From positions 32,001 through 96,000 of the forward strand of contig CBDDEL010000014.1 of the NCBI GenBank assembly GCA_965226885.1: a stretch of DNA of 64,000 nucleotides. The letters run 5' to 3'. The first letter of the stretch is position 1; every line of letters starts with the position of its first letter. The notes below the pieces were generated by a model. It did no database searches, was not told the DNA's origin, and was given only the letters and a program-made list of their open reading frames with translations. Source of the DNA: Opitutales bacterium (lineage in GTDB: Bacteria > Verrucomicrobiota > Verrucomicrobiia > Opitutales > UBA2987). Of this stretch, positions 33,361 through 43,247 are shown in pieces. The position numbers and the translations under genes are program-made.

Positions 33361-33864
33361 TTAGCAACCAGGGATCCGGTTTTTCGAAGGGGGCGATGGG
33401 GCCAGGTTGACATAGTGTTGGATGATGAATTCGGGTTCTTGGCGGATGACTTTTTTAAGTTGGAAGGGAGGCTCGAAATTGGGGAAGTAGGCGTCTCCTT
33501 TGACTTCCTTTTGGATGGTGGTTAGGTAGAGGTCGGAGCAACGGGGCAGCCCTTGTTGGTAGATTTGGGCCCCGCCGAAAAGCCAGATTTCTTTTTCGGT
33601 CTCGATGTTTTCCACTTCGTCGAGGCTGCGGAGAACCGTCAGGCCGGGGGTGGGCGCCATCGTTCGGCTAATGACGATGTTTTCCCTACCCGGCAGGGGG
33701 CGGCCGATGGATTCATAGGTTTTGCGGCCCATGACGATGACTTGCCCGATGGTGTTTTGGCGCACCCATTTAAAATCTTCGGGGATTTTCCAGGGGATCT
33801 TGTTATCGCAGCCAATGACCCGGTTTAGGGACATGGCAGCAATGGCTTTCCACGGTTTTTGCAT
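33361..33864 (-). CDS. folA: dihydrofolate reductase
   Basis: NRVIG, IPWKIPEDF, VMGRKTYESIGRPLPGRENIV, GGAQIY. Confidence 0.96.
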   Translation of the reverse strand: MQKPWKAIAAMSLNRVIGCDNKIPWKIPEDFKWVRQNTIGQVIVMGRKTYESIGRPLPGRENIVISRTMAPTPGLTVLRSLDEVENIETEKEIWLFGGAQIYQQGLPRCSDLYLTTIQKEVKGDAYFPNFEPPFQLKKVIRQEPEFIIQHYVNLAPSPPSKNRIPGC

Positions 33865-33882
33865 TGGTGTTGGATGCAGGAT

Positions 33883-34683
33883 TTACACCGCGATGGGAGC
33901 TCTTATGACGGGATGGGGGTCGTAGCCGGTGAGTTCAAAATCTTCGTAGGTGAAGTCGCGGATATTGCGGACTTGGGGATTGAGTTTCATTTGCGGAAGA
34001 GGCCGGAAATCGCGGGAGAGTTGCAGTTTTACCTGTTCCAGGTGGTTGGAGTAAATGTGCAGGTCCCCGAAGCTGTGGACAAATTCGCCGGGCCGCAAAT
34101 CGCAAACCTGGGCCACCATCAATGTCAAAAGGGCATAAGAGGCGATGTTGAAAGGCACTCCGAGAAAAAGATCGGCGCTGCGCTGGTAGAGTTGGCAACT
34201 GAGAGCGCCTTCTTCGACATCGACATAAAATTGAAACAAAGCATGGCAGGGGGTGAGGGCCATCTGCTCGATCTCACCTGGATTCCAGGCCGTGACGATA
34301 TGCCGGCGGCTGTAAGGGTTGTTTTTAATTTGCTCAATCACCCTGTCGATCTGGTTGACGGTGCTGCCGTCGGGCCGGCGCCAATGGCACCATTGCGCCC
34401 CATAAATGCGGCCCAGATCGCCCGTCTCATCGGCCCACTCATCCCAAATGGTGACTTTGTGGTCGTGCAGGTATTGCAGGTCGGTTTCGCCCCGCAAAAA
34501 CCAGAGCAGTTCGTGGGTGATGGATTTGAGGTGGACTTTTTTCGTCGTCAGCAGGGGAAAGCTGTTTTGCAGGTCGAAACGGGCCTGGGCGCCGAAAATG
34601 GAAATGGTGCCCACTCCGGTACGGTCTTTCCTGGTTTTTCCTTTGTCCAGAACCAGGTTGAGAAGGTCGTGGTATTCTTTCAT
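33883..34683 (-). CDS. thyA: thymidylate synthase
   Basis: [28 protein letters not shown]; start taken at MKEYHDLL. Confidence 0.97.
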   Translation of the reverse strand: MKEYHDLLNLVLDKGKTRKDRTGVGTISIFGAQARFDLQNSFPLLTTKKVHLKSITHELLWFLRGETDLQYLHDHKVTIWDEWADETGDLGRIYGAQWCHWRRPDGSTVNQIDRVIEQIKNNPYSRRHIVTAWNPGEIEQMALTPCHALFQFYVDVEEGALSCQLYQRSADLFLGVPFNIASYALLTLMVAQVCDLRPGEFVHSFGDLHIYSNHLEQVKLQLSRDFRPLPQMKLNPQVRNIRDFTYEDFELTGYDPHPVIRAPIAV

Positions 34684-34898
34684 TTGGTGGTGGAGGTATC
34701 GCTGGGGGCCATTTTTTGCCAATAGTGTCAGTCGAGCTTAAAAAGAAGAATTAATCTGCCACGAAGTCAATGGTTGGATGGGAAGATTCACCCATAAATC
34801 GACGAGAAACTATTACTACCTGTTCTGCCAGAGAGCAATTCGATTTCGTCGTCCATGCCGGTTAAGATTTTGGCTTGATTCGCTTTCCCTTTAAAGCT

Positions 34899-35348
34899 AT
34901 GAAATACTCCATGCTCTCGGACCCGAAGAAGGCTGCCGTTGTTCTTTTGGCAATGGGGTGGTTGCTGGCAGCCACAGGGCAGGTTGTCGATGGGGCTGGT
35001 TTCTCCGCTAAAAACGGGGGCCAGAAATGGAATGGAACTACAAAAACCCTGTCCGTTGCCGCGGTTAAATTTTCGGCCAAAATGGCCCACAAGGCTTCTA
35101 AAAAAACCTGGCGGGGCACGCATTGGGCCAGCGGGAAAATAACGGCCTCATTTATGAAAAGACCGCTGAAAAAGGTCTTATGGAAGGGTGGAAAGGCCAA
35201 AAAACTGCGCCGGGCCACAAAAATGTATGCCTTGGGAGAAGCCGGTCTGGCCGGTAAATACATTTCCGCCACGGTGGCCGGGGGCAGGCATGGCGGAACC
35301 CTTAATTCTCTTTCGGGCAAAAAACGAATCGGGAGGATATCTCCTTAA
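34899..35348 (+). CDS. basic hypothetical protein with signal-peptide-like N-terminus
   Basis: Open frame, hydrophobic N-terminus, Lys-rich; no family recognised. Confidence 0.4.
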   Translation: MKYSMLSDPKKAAVVLLAMGWLLAATGQVVDGAGFSAKNGGQKWNGTTKTLSVAAVKFSAKMAHKASKKTWRGTHWASGKITASFMKRPLKKVLWKGGKAKKLRRATKMYALGEAGLAGKYISATVAGGRHGGTLNSLSGKKRIGRISP

Positions 35349-35360
35349 GCGGCGGGCGGC

Positions 35361-36128
35361 ATGGCTTCGATTACAACGCTATCTTTTAATATGCAGTGGG
35401 GTAAGGTCTGGGATGATGAGGACCCGGACGGCGCCCCCATTCGCCTTGATAAGACTATCGAGGAAATTCGCCAACACGACGCCGATATCATCATGCTGCA
35501 AGAGGTCGAGGCCGTAACGCCGGGAATGGGCCAGTTGCAGCCACCGACCAACTATACGCGGCTGCGGGATGAACTGAAAGGATACCACAGCTATTTCAGT
35601 TACCCGGTCTCGGATACGAGGGAGCTGCCATTTGGTTACGGTCTGGCCATTTTCTCCAGAACCCCGCTTACGGACACCCGCAAGGTGGACCTGCCTGCCC
35701 CCGCCATCAGCTTCCACTACGAGGGCGTCGAGACCAACCCGACGGACCGGCTTTTAATTGCGGCAAAAACCAATATTAACGGCAACGACCTGCAAATATT
35801 CAACACACACTTGCAGGCCTTTTTTATCATCAATTATAGTAGCGACGACTACACGGGACAGCGTGACCGCCTGGTTGCGGAATTGAAATCTTCCAAAATA
35901 CCGACCATCTTGGCGGGCGATTTTAATTCCGCGCCCGGTGAGGGCACGGTGGCTCAAATTGAATCAGCCGCCTACAAGACGGCCCAGAATGAAACGTTCA
36001 CCTGGCGACGGATGCCCTACACCCTCGACCATATTTTTTACAACCACGGGCTGAAGTTGAAATCGGTCGAAGTCTGTCCGACCATGGCCTCCGACCACCA
36101 TGCGCTCAAAGCCGTGTTGGAGCTTTGA
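35361..36128 (+). CDS. endonuclease/exonuclease/phosphatase family protein
   Basis: SFNM, MLQEV, NTHL, AGDFNS, LDHIF, SDHH. Confidence 0.92.
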   Translation: MASITTLSFNMQWGKVWDDEDPDGAPIRLDKTIEEIRQHDADIIMLQEVEAVTPGMGQLQPPTNYTRLRDELKGYHSYFSYPVSDTRELPFGYGLAIFSRTPLTDTRKVDLPAPAISFHYEGVETNPTDRLLIAAKTNINGNDLQIFNTHLQAFFIINYSSDDYTGQRDRLVAELKSSKIPTILAGDFNSAPGEGTVAQIESAAYKTAQNETFTWRRMPYTLDHIFYNHGLKLKSVEVCPTMASDHHALKAVLEL

Positions 36129-36186
36129 AAATTTCTGGATGCGGGATGTGAAAAATCCTGACACCTGAAACCCTATTTTACATCTT

Positions 36187-36468
36187 TCATCCTTTGCGCA
36201 CTTTCTCCTTTTTTTCTTCCATTTCCACCTCCAGGCGCTCTTTTTCCAGGGCCATTTGTTTGCGGATCTGTTCGGATTCCACTAAATTTCCACTGGCCTC
36301 GGCATCGCGAAGCTGCTTTTGCAGGAAAATATCGCGTTCCGCCATTTTTGCTTTATAACGGGTGGAAATCTCCTCCAGTTGTTGGCGTTGTTCACCGGTC
36401 AGCGGTTTGGAGACTTCCGAATCTTCCGATTCCAGTCGTTCCATGGCGAGTTCGTATGCGCTTTTCAT
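36187..36468 (-). CDS. conserved hypothetical coiled-coil protein
   Basis: Begins MKSAYELAMERL; highly charged helical composition. Confidence 0.7.
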   Translation of the reverse strand: MKSAYELAMERLESEDSEVSKPLTGEQRQQLEEISTRYKAKMAERDIFLQKQLRDAEASGNLVESEQIRKQMALEKERLEVEMEEKKEKVRKG

Positions 36469-36745
36469 ATTTTGGTTTGTCTTTAAAGGGTGGTTCAATC
36501 GATGACGGTAGTGGATGAAATCAAAATTATTCCCAATATGACGGGTGGAAGACAAAAAGCCAAGCCGGATGGCCGCCATTTTTTGCCATGCCCGGCCAGC
36601 ATCAATAAGAGAAGGATTAAAACCGCTATTTGCCCGGTGTTTTGCCGGAAGAATATAATAACCATTTAATTCTGTAATTAATTAATTACTAGATAGTTAA
36701 TCTATCACTTCCGTGCCGTGCAAGTGATTTTAGTAGGTTGCTAAA

Positions 36746-37597
36746 TTAATCGGCCTTTACTAGCAACCGATCAAACTGCAATACCTTCTTTCCTGTGCGT
36801 TCAGGAACGATTTTCCAGAAGGATTCAGCGTCATCTAAGTGGACCATGTTAAGATAGTGCTTTTTGATTATCCTCTCAGAATTACCTGCTTGAAGGGCGG
36901 TATCTCCGACGCTGCGGAACTTGCCCACATGATTTGATATATAGGTATGCCGAAGCCCGTCATGCGGCAGATTGAATCCCCTGCGGATATTGGGGTAGTC
37001 CAGCGTGGGTGTTTTTGGGATAAGGCGGGTTGTTTCAGGTGGATACCTGACGAGCCATTCCCGGAGGTTCGGCTGTATCTTGATCTGCCGAAGGTCCTTC
37101 ACCTTGGAAACCTCCGGCGGGATGCGAATTACCTCGTTTTTCATGGCCACAAACGAAGCCAGGCCCAATTTTCCCAGCTTCGCCATCTCCCCATGTAAAA
37201 AATCCGGGCGTATCCCCGCAAACAAAGCCAGGGCAAAAAACAAAGACCATTCGCCCCTTGGACTGTTTCCATTACGGCGGTAGTTTTCCACATGGGCCAT
37301 AAAATCCTGGGCGGTTTGTACTGTGAGAATTTCCGGTATCCCCATAGAAATCGTAAAGCGATCAATTTCGGTGACCGGGTTTTCCAAGAGCCATGAGCGC
37401 GGCCTGGCCATGCACCATGCAAAAAAACTGCTCAAGTCTCCCCTGTATAGGTTCCAGGTTTTCTTTGAACCGTGGATGCCCTCAAGCCATCCTTTAACAT
37501 CATCAGTGGTGATTTCGTGGAGTAGCTTCCCTTGGACATGTTCTGCAAAGCGGGTGACAGTATATTTTAGATTAATGTGCTGCCTTGGCCCGATATG
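36746..37597 (-). pseudogene. phage-type tyrosine recombinase/integrase, N-terminus removed at IS21
   Basis: LFAGIRP (R), SKVK (K), HDGLRHT (HxxR region), AGNS...KHY (Y); does not continue beyond the IS21. Confidence 0.85.
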
Positions 37598-37671
37598 TGT
37601 AAACGCCGGGGAAAAACCGGTACGGTAAAGAGGGCGCTTTAAAACCGGTACGCTTATCCTAGAAAGGAGGA

Positions 37672-39177
37672 GTGTATCGAGATATGAAGCAATGGACAAG
37701 AGTGCGGCACAAAGTGCTGCGGGACAAGCAGAGCAAGCGCTCTGTAATGCGAGAAGAGGGACTGCACTGGGAGACCCTGGGAAAGATGCTGGCCTATTCC
37801 CAGCCGCCGGGATACCGGCGCAAGAAGAGGCGAGAGCGCAAGATCGATCCGTATGTGGGCTGGATCGAGGAGGTGCTCAAAGCGGACCGGAACGTGCCCA
37901 AGAAGCAGCGCCATACGGCCAAACGGATCTACCAGCGTTTGGGTCGGAAGAAGGGCTACCAAGGGGGCTACACGGCGGTCAAGGAGGTGGTGGCCGAGCT
38001 GCGAGCGAGGCGGTGGGAAGTGTTCGTGCCGCTGGAGCACCGCCCCGGGGAGGGACAGGTGGACTTCGGTCATGCCCTGGTGAAGGAGGCGGGGCAATTG
38101 CGTAGGCGGCCATTTTTTGCCATGAGCCTGCCCTACAGCGATGCCTTTTTCGTGCAGGTGTTCGAACGGGAGTGCACGGAGAGCTTCTGGGAGGGGCACC
38201 TGCGAGCTTTTGAGTTTTTCGGGGCGGTGCCCCGGCGCATCAGCTATGACAACTCGAAGGTGGCGGTGGGTAAGATTATCGGTTCGCGTGAACGCAAGCT
38301 GACCGACGGGTTTCTGCAGCTACAGAGCCATTACCTGTTCGAGGAACACTTCTGTCTGCCCGCCCGGCCCAACGAGAAGGGCGTGGTCGAGGGGATCGTG
38401 CGTTATGCCCGGGCCAACTTCCTGGTACCGGTACCGCAGGTTCGGGACCTGGAGGAACTCAACGCAAAGCTGTTGGAGGCATGTGAGCGGGACATGGAGC
38501 GTAAATTACGCGGGAAAAGGGCGGTGAAAAAGGAACTGCTGGCCGAGGAGCGCGCCGTCATGCTGGCGTTGCCGCCCATACCCTTTGAAGCGAGCCGCAA
38601 ACGCTCGACCTGCGTCAGCAGCCTCTCGCTGGTGCGCTTCGAGTGCAACGACTATTCGGTGCCGGTGCGCTGCGCCCACCATCCGGTGGTGGTGGAAGGG
38701 TCCTGTCGGCAGGTGGTGATCTTCTGTGGGGGCCAAGAGGTGGCCCGGCACCGCCGCATTTGGGATAAAGAGCAAGTCTCTTTCGAGCCGGTGCACTACC
38801 TGGCTTTGCTGGAGAAAAAACCGGGCGCTTTGGACTTCGCCCGCCCACTCTCGGGCTGGCAGTTGCCGCAGTGCCTGCAGGTCCTCAGACGCCGGCTCGA
38901 AAGCCAATGCGGGGGCGAAGGCACCCGGGAGTATATCCGGGTGCTGCGGCTGTTGGAGAAACACCCCATGGCGGCCTTGCAGCAGGCCGTCGTCTCGGCC
39001 CTGCGGGTGGGGGGACTGACTCGTGAGGCCATCGCCCAGTATCTCTATCCTCAGGAAGACTACGGGAGCAGAACCTTCCGGCTGGACGGCCATCCACACC
39101 TGCGTCACGTCCGTGTGGCCGCCCCTGACCTCGGTGCCTACAGCGAACTGCTCAAGATTCCAGGAGGGGCTTTATGA
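37672..39177 (+). CDS. istA: IS21 transposase IstA
   Basis: GEGQVDFG, YDNSK, NEKGVVE. Confidence 0.95.
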   Translation: MYRDMKQWTRVRHKVLRDKQSKRSVMREEGLHWETLGKMLAYSQPPGYRRKKRRERKIDPYVGWIEEVLKADRNVPKKQRHTAKRIYQRLGRKKGYQGGYTAVKEVVAELRARRWEVFVPLEHRPGEGQVDFGHALVKEAGQLRRRPFFAMSLPYSDAFFVQVFERECTESFWEGHLRAFEFFGAVPRRISYDNSKVAVGKIIGSRERKLTDGFLQLQSHYLFEEHFCLPARPNEKGVVEGIVRYARANFLVPVPQVRDLEELNAKLLEACERDMERKLRGKRAVKKELLAEERAVMLALPPIPFEASRKRSTCVSSLSLVRFECNDYSVPVRCAHHPVVVEGSCRQVVIFCGGQEVARHRRIWDKEQVSFEPVHYLALLEKKPGALDFARPLSGWQLPQCLQVLRRRLESQCGGEGTREYIRVLRLLEKHPMAALQQAVVSALRVGGLTREAIAQYLYPQEDYGSRTFRLDGHPHLRHVRVAAPDLGAYSELLKIPGGAL

Positions 39178-39941
39178 AGGAAGAAAAAAACCAGCTGCTG
39201 TTACACCATCACCTCAAGAAACTGAAGTTGCCCACCATCCTGCGCGAATGGCCGGCGGTGGCCGCGGCTTGTTCCCGGGACCGGCTCGATTACGCCGCCT
39301 TTGTGTTGCATCTGGTCGAACGGGAGCTCATTGAACGCGAACAGCGGGCCGCCCAGCGGCGGATCAAAAACGCCCGTTTCCCCGTGCTCAAGACCCTCGA
39401 GAGCTTCGCCTTTGAAGCGCAGCCCTCGATCAACGAAGCGCTCATCCGAGAGCTCATGCGCGGGGAGTATGTCGACCAGCGCGAAAACGTGCTGCTCCTC
39501 GGTAACGCCGGTACCGGTAAAACGCACCTGGCCACCGCCCTGGGCTTTGCCGCCTGTGCCCAGGGCCGGCGGATCCGTTTCTTCGGGGTCACCGCCCTGG
39601 TTACCCATATGCTCGAGCAACGCGACAACCACGACCTGCAGCGCTTCATGAAGCAACTCGAAAGGCTCGACCTACTCATCCTCGACGAACTCGGTTACGT
39701 CCCTTTTTCCAAGACCGGTTCCGAACTGCTCTTCGACGTGGTCAGCCGCGCTTACGAGCGCACCAGTCTCATCGTCACCACCAACCTGCCCTTTGAGAAC
39801 TGGATCGAAGTGCTCGGTTCCGAACGGCTCACCGGAGCTCTGCTGGACCGACTCACCCATCGGGTGCATATCCTCGAAGCCAACGGGCAAAGCTACCGCT
39901 TGCGCGATGCTCGACGCCGTCGCCGTGGCACAAAACAATAA
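39174..39941 (+). CDS. istB: IS21 helper ATPase IstB
   Basis: GNAGTGKT, LILDELGY, TTNLPF, ALLDRLTH. Confidence 0.96.
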   Translation: MKEEKNQLLLHHHLKKLKLPTILREWPAVAAACSRDRLDYAAFVLHLVERELIEREQRAAQRRIKNARFPVLKTLESFAFEAQPSINEALIRELMRGEYVDQRENVLLLGNAGTGKTHLATALGFAACAQGRRIRFFGVTALVTHMLEQRDNHDLQRFMKQLERLDLLILDELGYVPFSKTGSELLFDVVSRAYERTSLIVTTNLPFENWIEVLGSERLTGALLDRLTHRVHILEANGQSYRLRDARRRRRGTKQ

Positions 39942-40115
39942 ACGCCTTGGGCCCGGCTCGTCGGCCTCCGGCCTCCTCACCGACCCCAAGCCAATCCCCA
40001 AAACCAACTCCCAAACCCTAAACCTTGACGTACCTGCAATTACTAACCTAAACCTTATTCCAAGCGTACCGGTTTTACCCCGACCCCCGTACCGGTTTCA
40101 TCCCGGCGTTTACAG

Positions 40116-40319
40116 CCGGGATATGAGGTAATTATCATTCGGGTAGGGAAAGGCCATTATTTGGGCGACCAAAAGGATACCCTAATGGAGCGGTACCCTA
40201 CCAACAATGAATGGGGCAAGTATGGCTGGACCCATTCCAATGATGAAAGTGCCAAAATTGCGGCCAACAATGCTTATCGGGAAGAATTGCTCAAACAGGA
40301 GGGCAAGTGTGCTGCGTAA
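40116..40319 (+). pseudogene. 5'-truncated phage-like hypothetical protein (not in ORF track)
   Basis: Open frame PGYEVIIIRVGKGHYLGDQKDTLMERYPTNNEWGKYGWTHSNDESAK...KCAA* beginning at the IS21 end. Confidence 0.55.
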
Positions 40320-40493
40320 AGGTATCAGGAAGGGATTGCTGTACGTCTCAAAACGGGGGGTTGGGGGCAAATAGGTATCAGAGTGCCACTTTATCAGAAG
40401 TTCGATGATTTAAGCATGAATTTCACATTCATACCTGTGGACATGGATTCAGAATTAGAACCAGTACGTTTTCTTCAAATTGCATACAATATT

Positions 40494-40559
40494 GGGGGCG
40501 AAGGATTTCGACGGCGCAGCAGTGACCGGATGGCGGTTCGATTCCGCCCGCCTCCAGCA
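40494..40559 (+). ncRNA. minimal tmRNA-like RNA: tRNA-like domain only, no tag reading frame
   Basis: Acceptor stem GGGGGCG/CGCCTCC with G3:U70 and discriminator A; AAGGATTTCGAC loop; T-arm GGCGG-TTCGATT-CCGCC; 15-nt hairpin in place of the mRNA-like domain. Confidence 0.8.
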
Positions 40560-40575
40560 AATCAAAGGAAAAAAC

Positions 40576-40800
40576 ATGAGCAAATGGAGAAAAGTCAAGG
40601 AACGCCTGGAAGACCTTCTCGACGCACCTGATGCCACGATAACGAAGACTGAAGCTGCCAAAAGGCTGGGAATGTCACATCGCGCCCTCCATTTTTATCT
40701 GTGGAACGGGAAATCTGTGCCATCCTATAACCTTGGATGCCAATTTCAGAGGCTACAAAGGCATTTAGAAAAGAAATCCCAATATTCGCCTATAAAATAG
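40576..40800 (+). CDS. small helix-turn-helix DNA-binding protein (phage regulator/excisionase-like)
   Basis: 74 aa; AAAGGA RBS; TKTEAAKRLGMSHRALHFYL HTH pattern. Confidence 0.7.
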   Translation: MSKWRKVKERLEDLLDAPDATITKTEAAKRLGMSHRALHFYLWNGKSVPSYNLGCQFQRLQRHLEKKSQYSPIK

Positions 40801-40945
40801 GGATAACCCATTATCACAATATCCCTTTTGATGTGCCGGGGAGAGAGGGACATAATCTATTCTAAACCACATGTTAAATCTAATTTATTATGTAAAATTT
40901 TACAAATAACAATTCAAACAATTTAAGGGAGATAAAACTATATGA

Positions 40946-41101
40946 AACGGAATCAACCAGCTCAGCCAGCTCCTGTTCCATGGCCCGAGTGTAGTTGAGT
41001 ATCCATTTGGTTTTCTCCTCCTCACTCAGGTCATCTGTGTAAACACCGATGCGCTCGTTGAGGGCTTTTTGCATCCCGAAAATCTCGTCAAACTTGTCCA
41101 T
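40946..41101 (-). pseudogene. dimeric (all-alpha) dUTPase, 3'-truncated
   Basis: MDKFDEIFGMQKALNERIG...EQELAELVDSV, then AT-rich sequence where the family PWKWW motif would follow. Confidence 0.75.
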
Positions 41102-41183
41102 AAGCCCAGATTGCGGGAGGCTCCAGGGCAGGGCAATTCCAAGTTTTTCATAAAAGGCCCTCCTACTTATTCCCAAAACTACG

Positions 41184-42446
41184 CTAGACCCTGATGAGGC
41201 CCTTTTTCAACATGCCCATAATGGTGGCCGGGGCCTGACGGTTTTTTAATAGATCGCGCATCGTTTTCATATAGGGGTCGATATGGGCGAAGAACCGCTT
41301 GTAGGCGGGGCAGAGGTAGTTGAGTCCGTATTCGCCGTCGGGGGTTTTCATGAAGCGGTGTTTGGGGCATTCTCCGTGGCATGCGAAGCGGTAATCGCAA
41401 CGGCGGCAATAGGCGGGCAGGGTGTCCGCTTTGTCGCGCCCGAATTTTTTCATGGCGGGAGAATCGACCATCTCGGCGATGGTTTTATCGCGGATATTGC
41501 CCTGCAGGTATTGCGGGTAAACATAATGGTCGCAGGCATAAAGGTCGCCATTGTGCTCAATTGCTAGGGCCCGGCCGCAATGCTCGCTGAAAATGCAGAG
41601 GCCCCCACCCATCCCCATCCAGTTGCCCAGCGCCACATCGAATACCTGCACATAAGTATTCCCGACATCGTTGCGCACCCAATGGTCGAAGATCGTGACC
41701 AAAAATTCCCCATAATCTTTGGGCAGCACACTCCAGCGCGTGACCGGACTTAGTTTCTCATTTTCATCCTCGGGTTCTGGGGGAGTGGCCAGGGATAGTT
41801 TCAGCAAAGAAGCGGCGTCATCGGGTTTTCTTTCCACAATGGGAATGAATTGCAGGTAGCGCGAACCGATCTTGCGCAAAAAATTATAAACTTCGAGGGG
41901 TTTTCGGGAATTGCGGCGGGTGACGCAGGTGAGTGTGTTGAAGGGCACCCCATGCTTGCGGCATAGCCCGATGCCGCGCATGACGCGGTCGAAAGTGGAA
42001 TTTTGTTTGCGGTCCACCCTATAGATATCATGCAGCTCCCTCGTCCCATCGATGCTGATGCCGACCAAAAAGTCATTGTCCCGCAGGAAACGGCACCACT
42101 CATCGTCCAGCAAAGTAGCGTTGGTCTGGAAGGCATTGTCGATTTTGCGCCCTTCACCATATTTTTTTTGCAATTCGACTACCTTGCGGAAGAAATCCAC
42201 CCCCATAAGGGTTGGCTCCCCTCCCTGCCAGGCGAATGAAACCTCGTTACCGGGCTGGGCCTCGATGTATTGGCGGATATAGTTATCCAGCACATCTGCC
42301 GGCATACGCAAATTTTCCCCTCTCGGGAAAAGCTTCTCCTTTTCCAGGTAAAAGCAATATTTGCAGTCAATATTGCAGCGAGGACCAATCGGTTTGGTCA
42401 TCACATGAAAAGGCGCCGAAGCGGTTTTTGTTAAAACATCCGTCAT
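41184..42446 (-). CDS. anaerobic sulfatase maturase (radical SAM/SPASM)
   Basis: CNIDCKYC, WQGGEPTL, GDLYACDHYV, CRRC...CHGECPKHR. Confidence 0.93.
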   Translation of the reverse strand: MTDVLTKTASAPFHVMTKPIGPRCNIDCKYCFYLEKEKLFPRGENLRMPADVLDNYIRQYIEAQPGNEVSFAWQGGEPTLMGVDFFRKVVELQKKYGEGRKIDNAFQTNATLLDDEWCRFLRDNDFLVGISIDGTRELHDIYRVDRKQNSTFDRVMRGIGLCRKHGVPFNTLTCVTRRNSRKPLEVYNFLRKIGSRYLQFIPIVERKPDDAASLLKLSLATPPEPEDENEKLSPVTRWSVLPKDYGEFLVTIFDHWVRNDVGNTYVQVFDVALGNWMGMGGGLCIFSEHCGRALAIEHNGDLYACDHYVYPQYLQGNIRDKTIAEMVDSPAMKKFGRDKADTLPAYCRRCDYRFACHGECPKHRFMKTPDGEYGLNYLCPAYKRFFAHIDPYMKTMRDLLKNRQAPATIMGMLKKGLIRV

Positions 42447-42665
42447 GCCATCAAGTTGAAAACAATTCTATATCCCGGGAGAAATTCGTCCCTCACCCGA
42501 GGGACCAGCCATCTCCATGCAATAGAATTCTTTAGTGAATGGAAAGAGTATATTGTGAGAAGTTTTCCAAAAAAGATTGTCTCCTGCTGTCACAATTACG
42601 ATAGGTTCTAGCCTGATGAAAATTTATCCGAGATTTCCCATATGAACATTCATAATCGTTGAATT

Positions 42666-42714
42666 AACCGGTCACCTGTGCTACATATTCAACCGGTCAC
42701 CTGTGCTACATATT
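42666..42714. repeat. tandem direct repeat, 24-bp unit, period 25
   Basis: AACCGGTCACCTGTGCTACATATT at 42666 and 42691. Confidence 0.9.
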
Positions 42715-42749
42715 TCATCATCTGAACCCCTGAACTACCCCCAGCAACC

Positions 42750-43097
42750 ATGATCAGCATTTACAAACCGGGTGCCGGCAGCGAACCGTCGCAATTGTTT
42801 TCCCCCGGTGATCTTGTTAAGCACAAACGCTACCATTACCGCGGGGTCGTTGTCGAATTCAACCTGGTCTGCCAGGCGGATGAGTGCTGGTACGAGTCCA
42901 ACCAGACGCAGCCCGATCGCGACCAGCCCTGGTACCGTGTGCTTGTGGACGGCAATTCCGCGACGACTTACGCGGCCCAAAGCAGCCTCGAACCCGACGA
43001 TTCCGATGCCCCCGTCGACCACCCCCTTGTCAAAGCCTTCTTTGCAGGTTTCATGGATGGCGTCTACATCCGCAACGACACCCCGTGGCCGACGTAG
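42750..43097 (+). CDS. hspQ: heat shock protein HspQ (YccV-like)
   Basis: FSPGDLVKHKRYHYRGVVV, DQPWYRVLVD, TTYAAQSSL. Confidence 0.88.
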   Translation: MISIYKPGAGSEPSQLFSPGDLVKHKRYHYRGVVVEFNLVCQADECWYESNQTQPDRDQPWYRVLVDGNSATTYAAQSSLEPDDSDAPVDHPLVKAFFAGFMDGVYIRNDTPWPT

Positions 43098-43247
43098 CAG
43101 TCTGGATAGGAAAACGTAAACTTGTTAAATTTTCATAGCAGGGCAATGTCAGCCCCGCGAGGGTAGGCAAAGGGTTTTGATTGGCCCTGTCTTTCTGGTA
43201 TGTCTAAACTTGCATCCGCCACGCATGGCGTCGCCGAAATCTACGTA

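Larger units (their letters stand above)
37598..40114 (+). mobile_element. IS21-family element
   Basis: Ends TGTAAACGCCGGG / CCCGGCGTTTACA; internal AAACCGGTACG repeats at both ends; istA-istB pair. Confidence 0.96.

Noticed and set aside
36575..36745. TTTGCC repeats and AT-rich palindromes downstream of the integrase as an att site
   Set aside because: No matching core repeat at the other end of the remnant, so it cannot be supported.
36746..37699. ORF-track 317-aa integrase as an intact gene
   Set aside because: Its first ~34 codons are the reverse strand of the IS21 left end.
40494..40559. Canonical tRNA-Ala or the host's functional ssrA
   Set aside because: No D-stem and no 7-nt anticodon loop; far too short for ssrA and has no tag ORF.
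42666..42714. Possible CRISPR repeat pair
   Set aside because: Only two units separated by 1 nt, no spacer and no cas genes.
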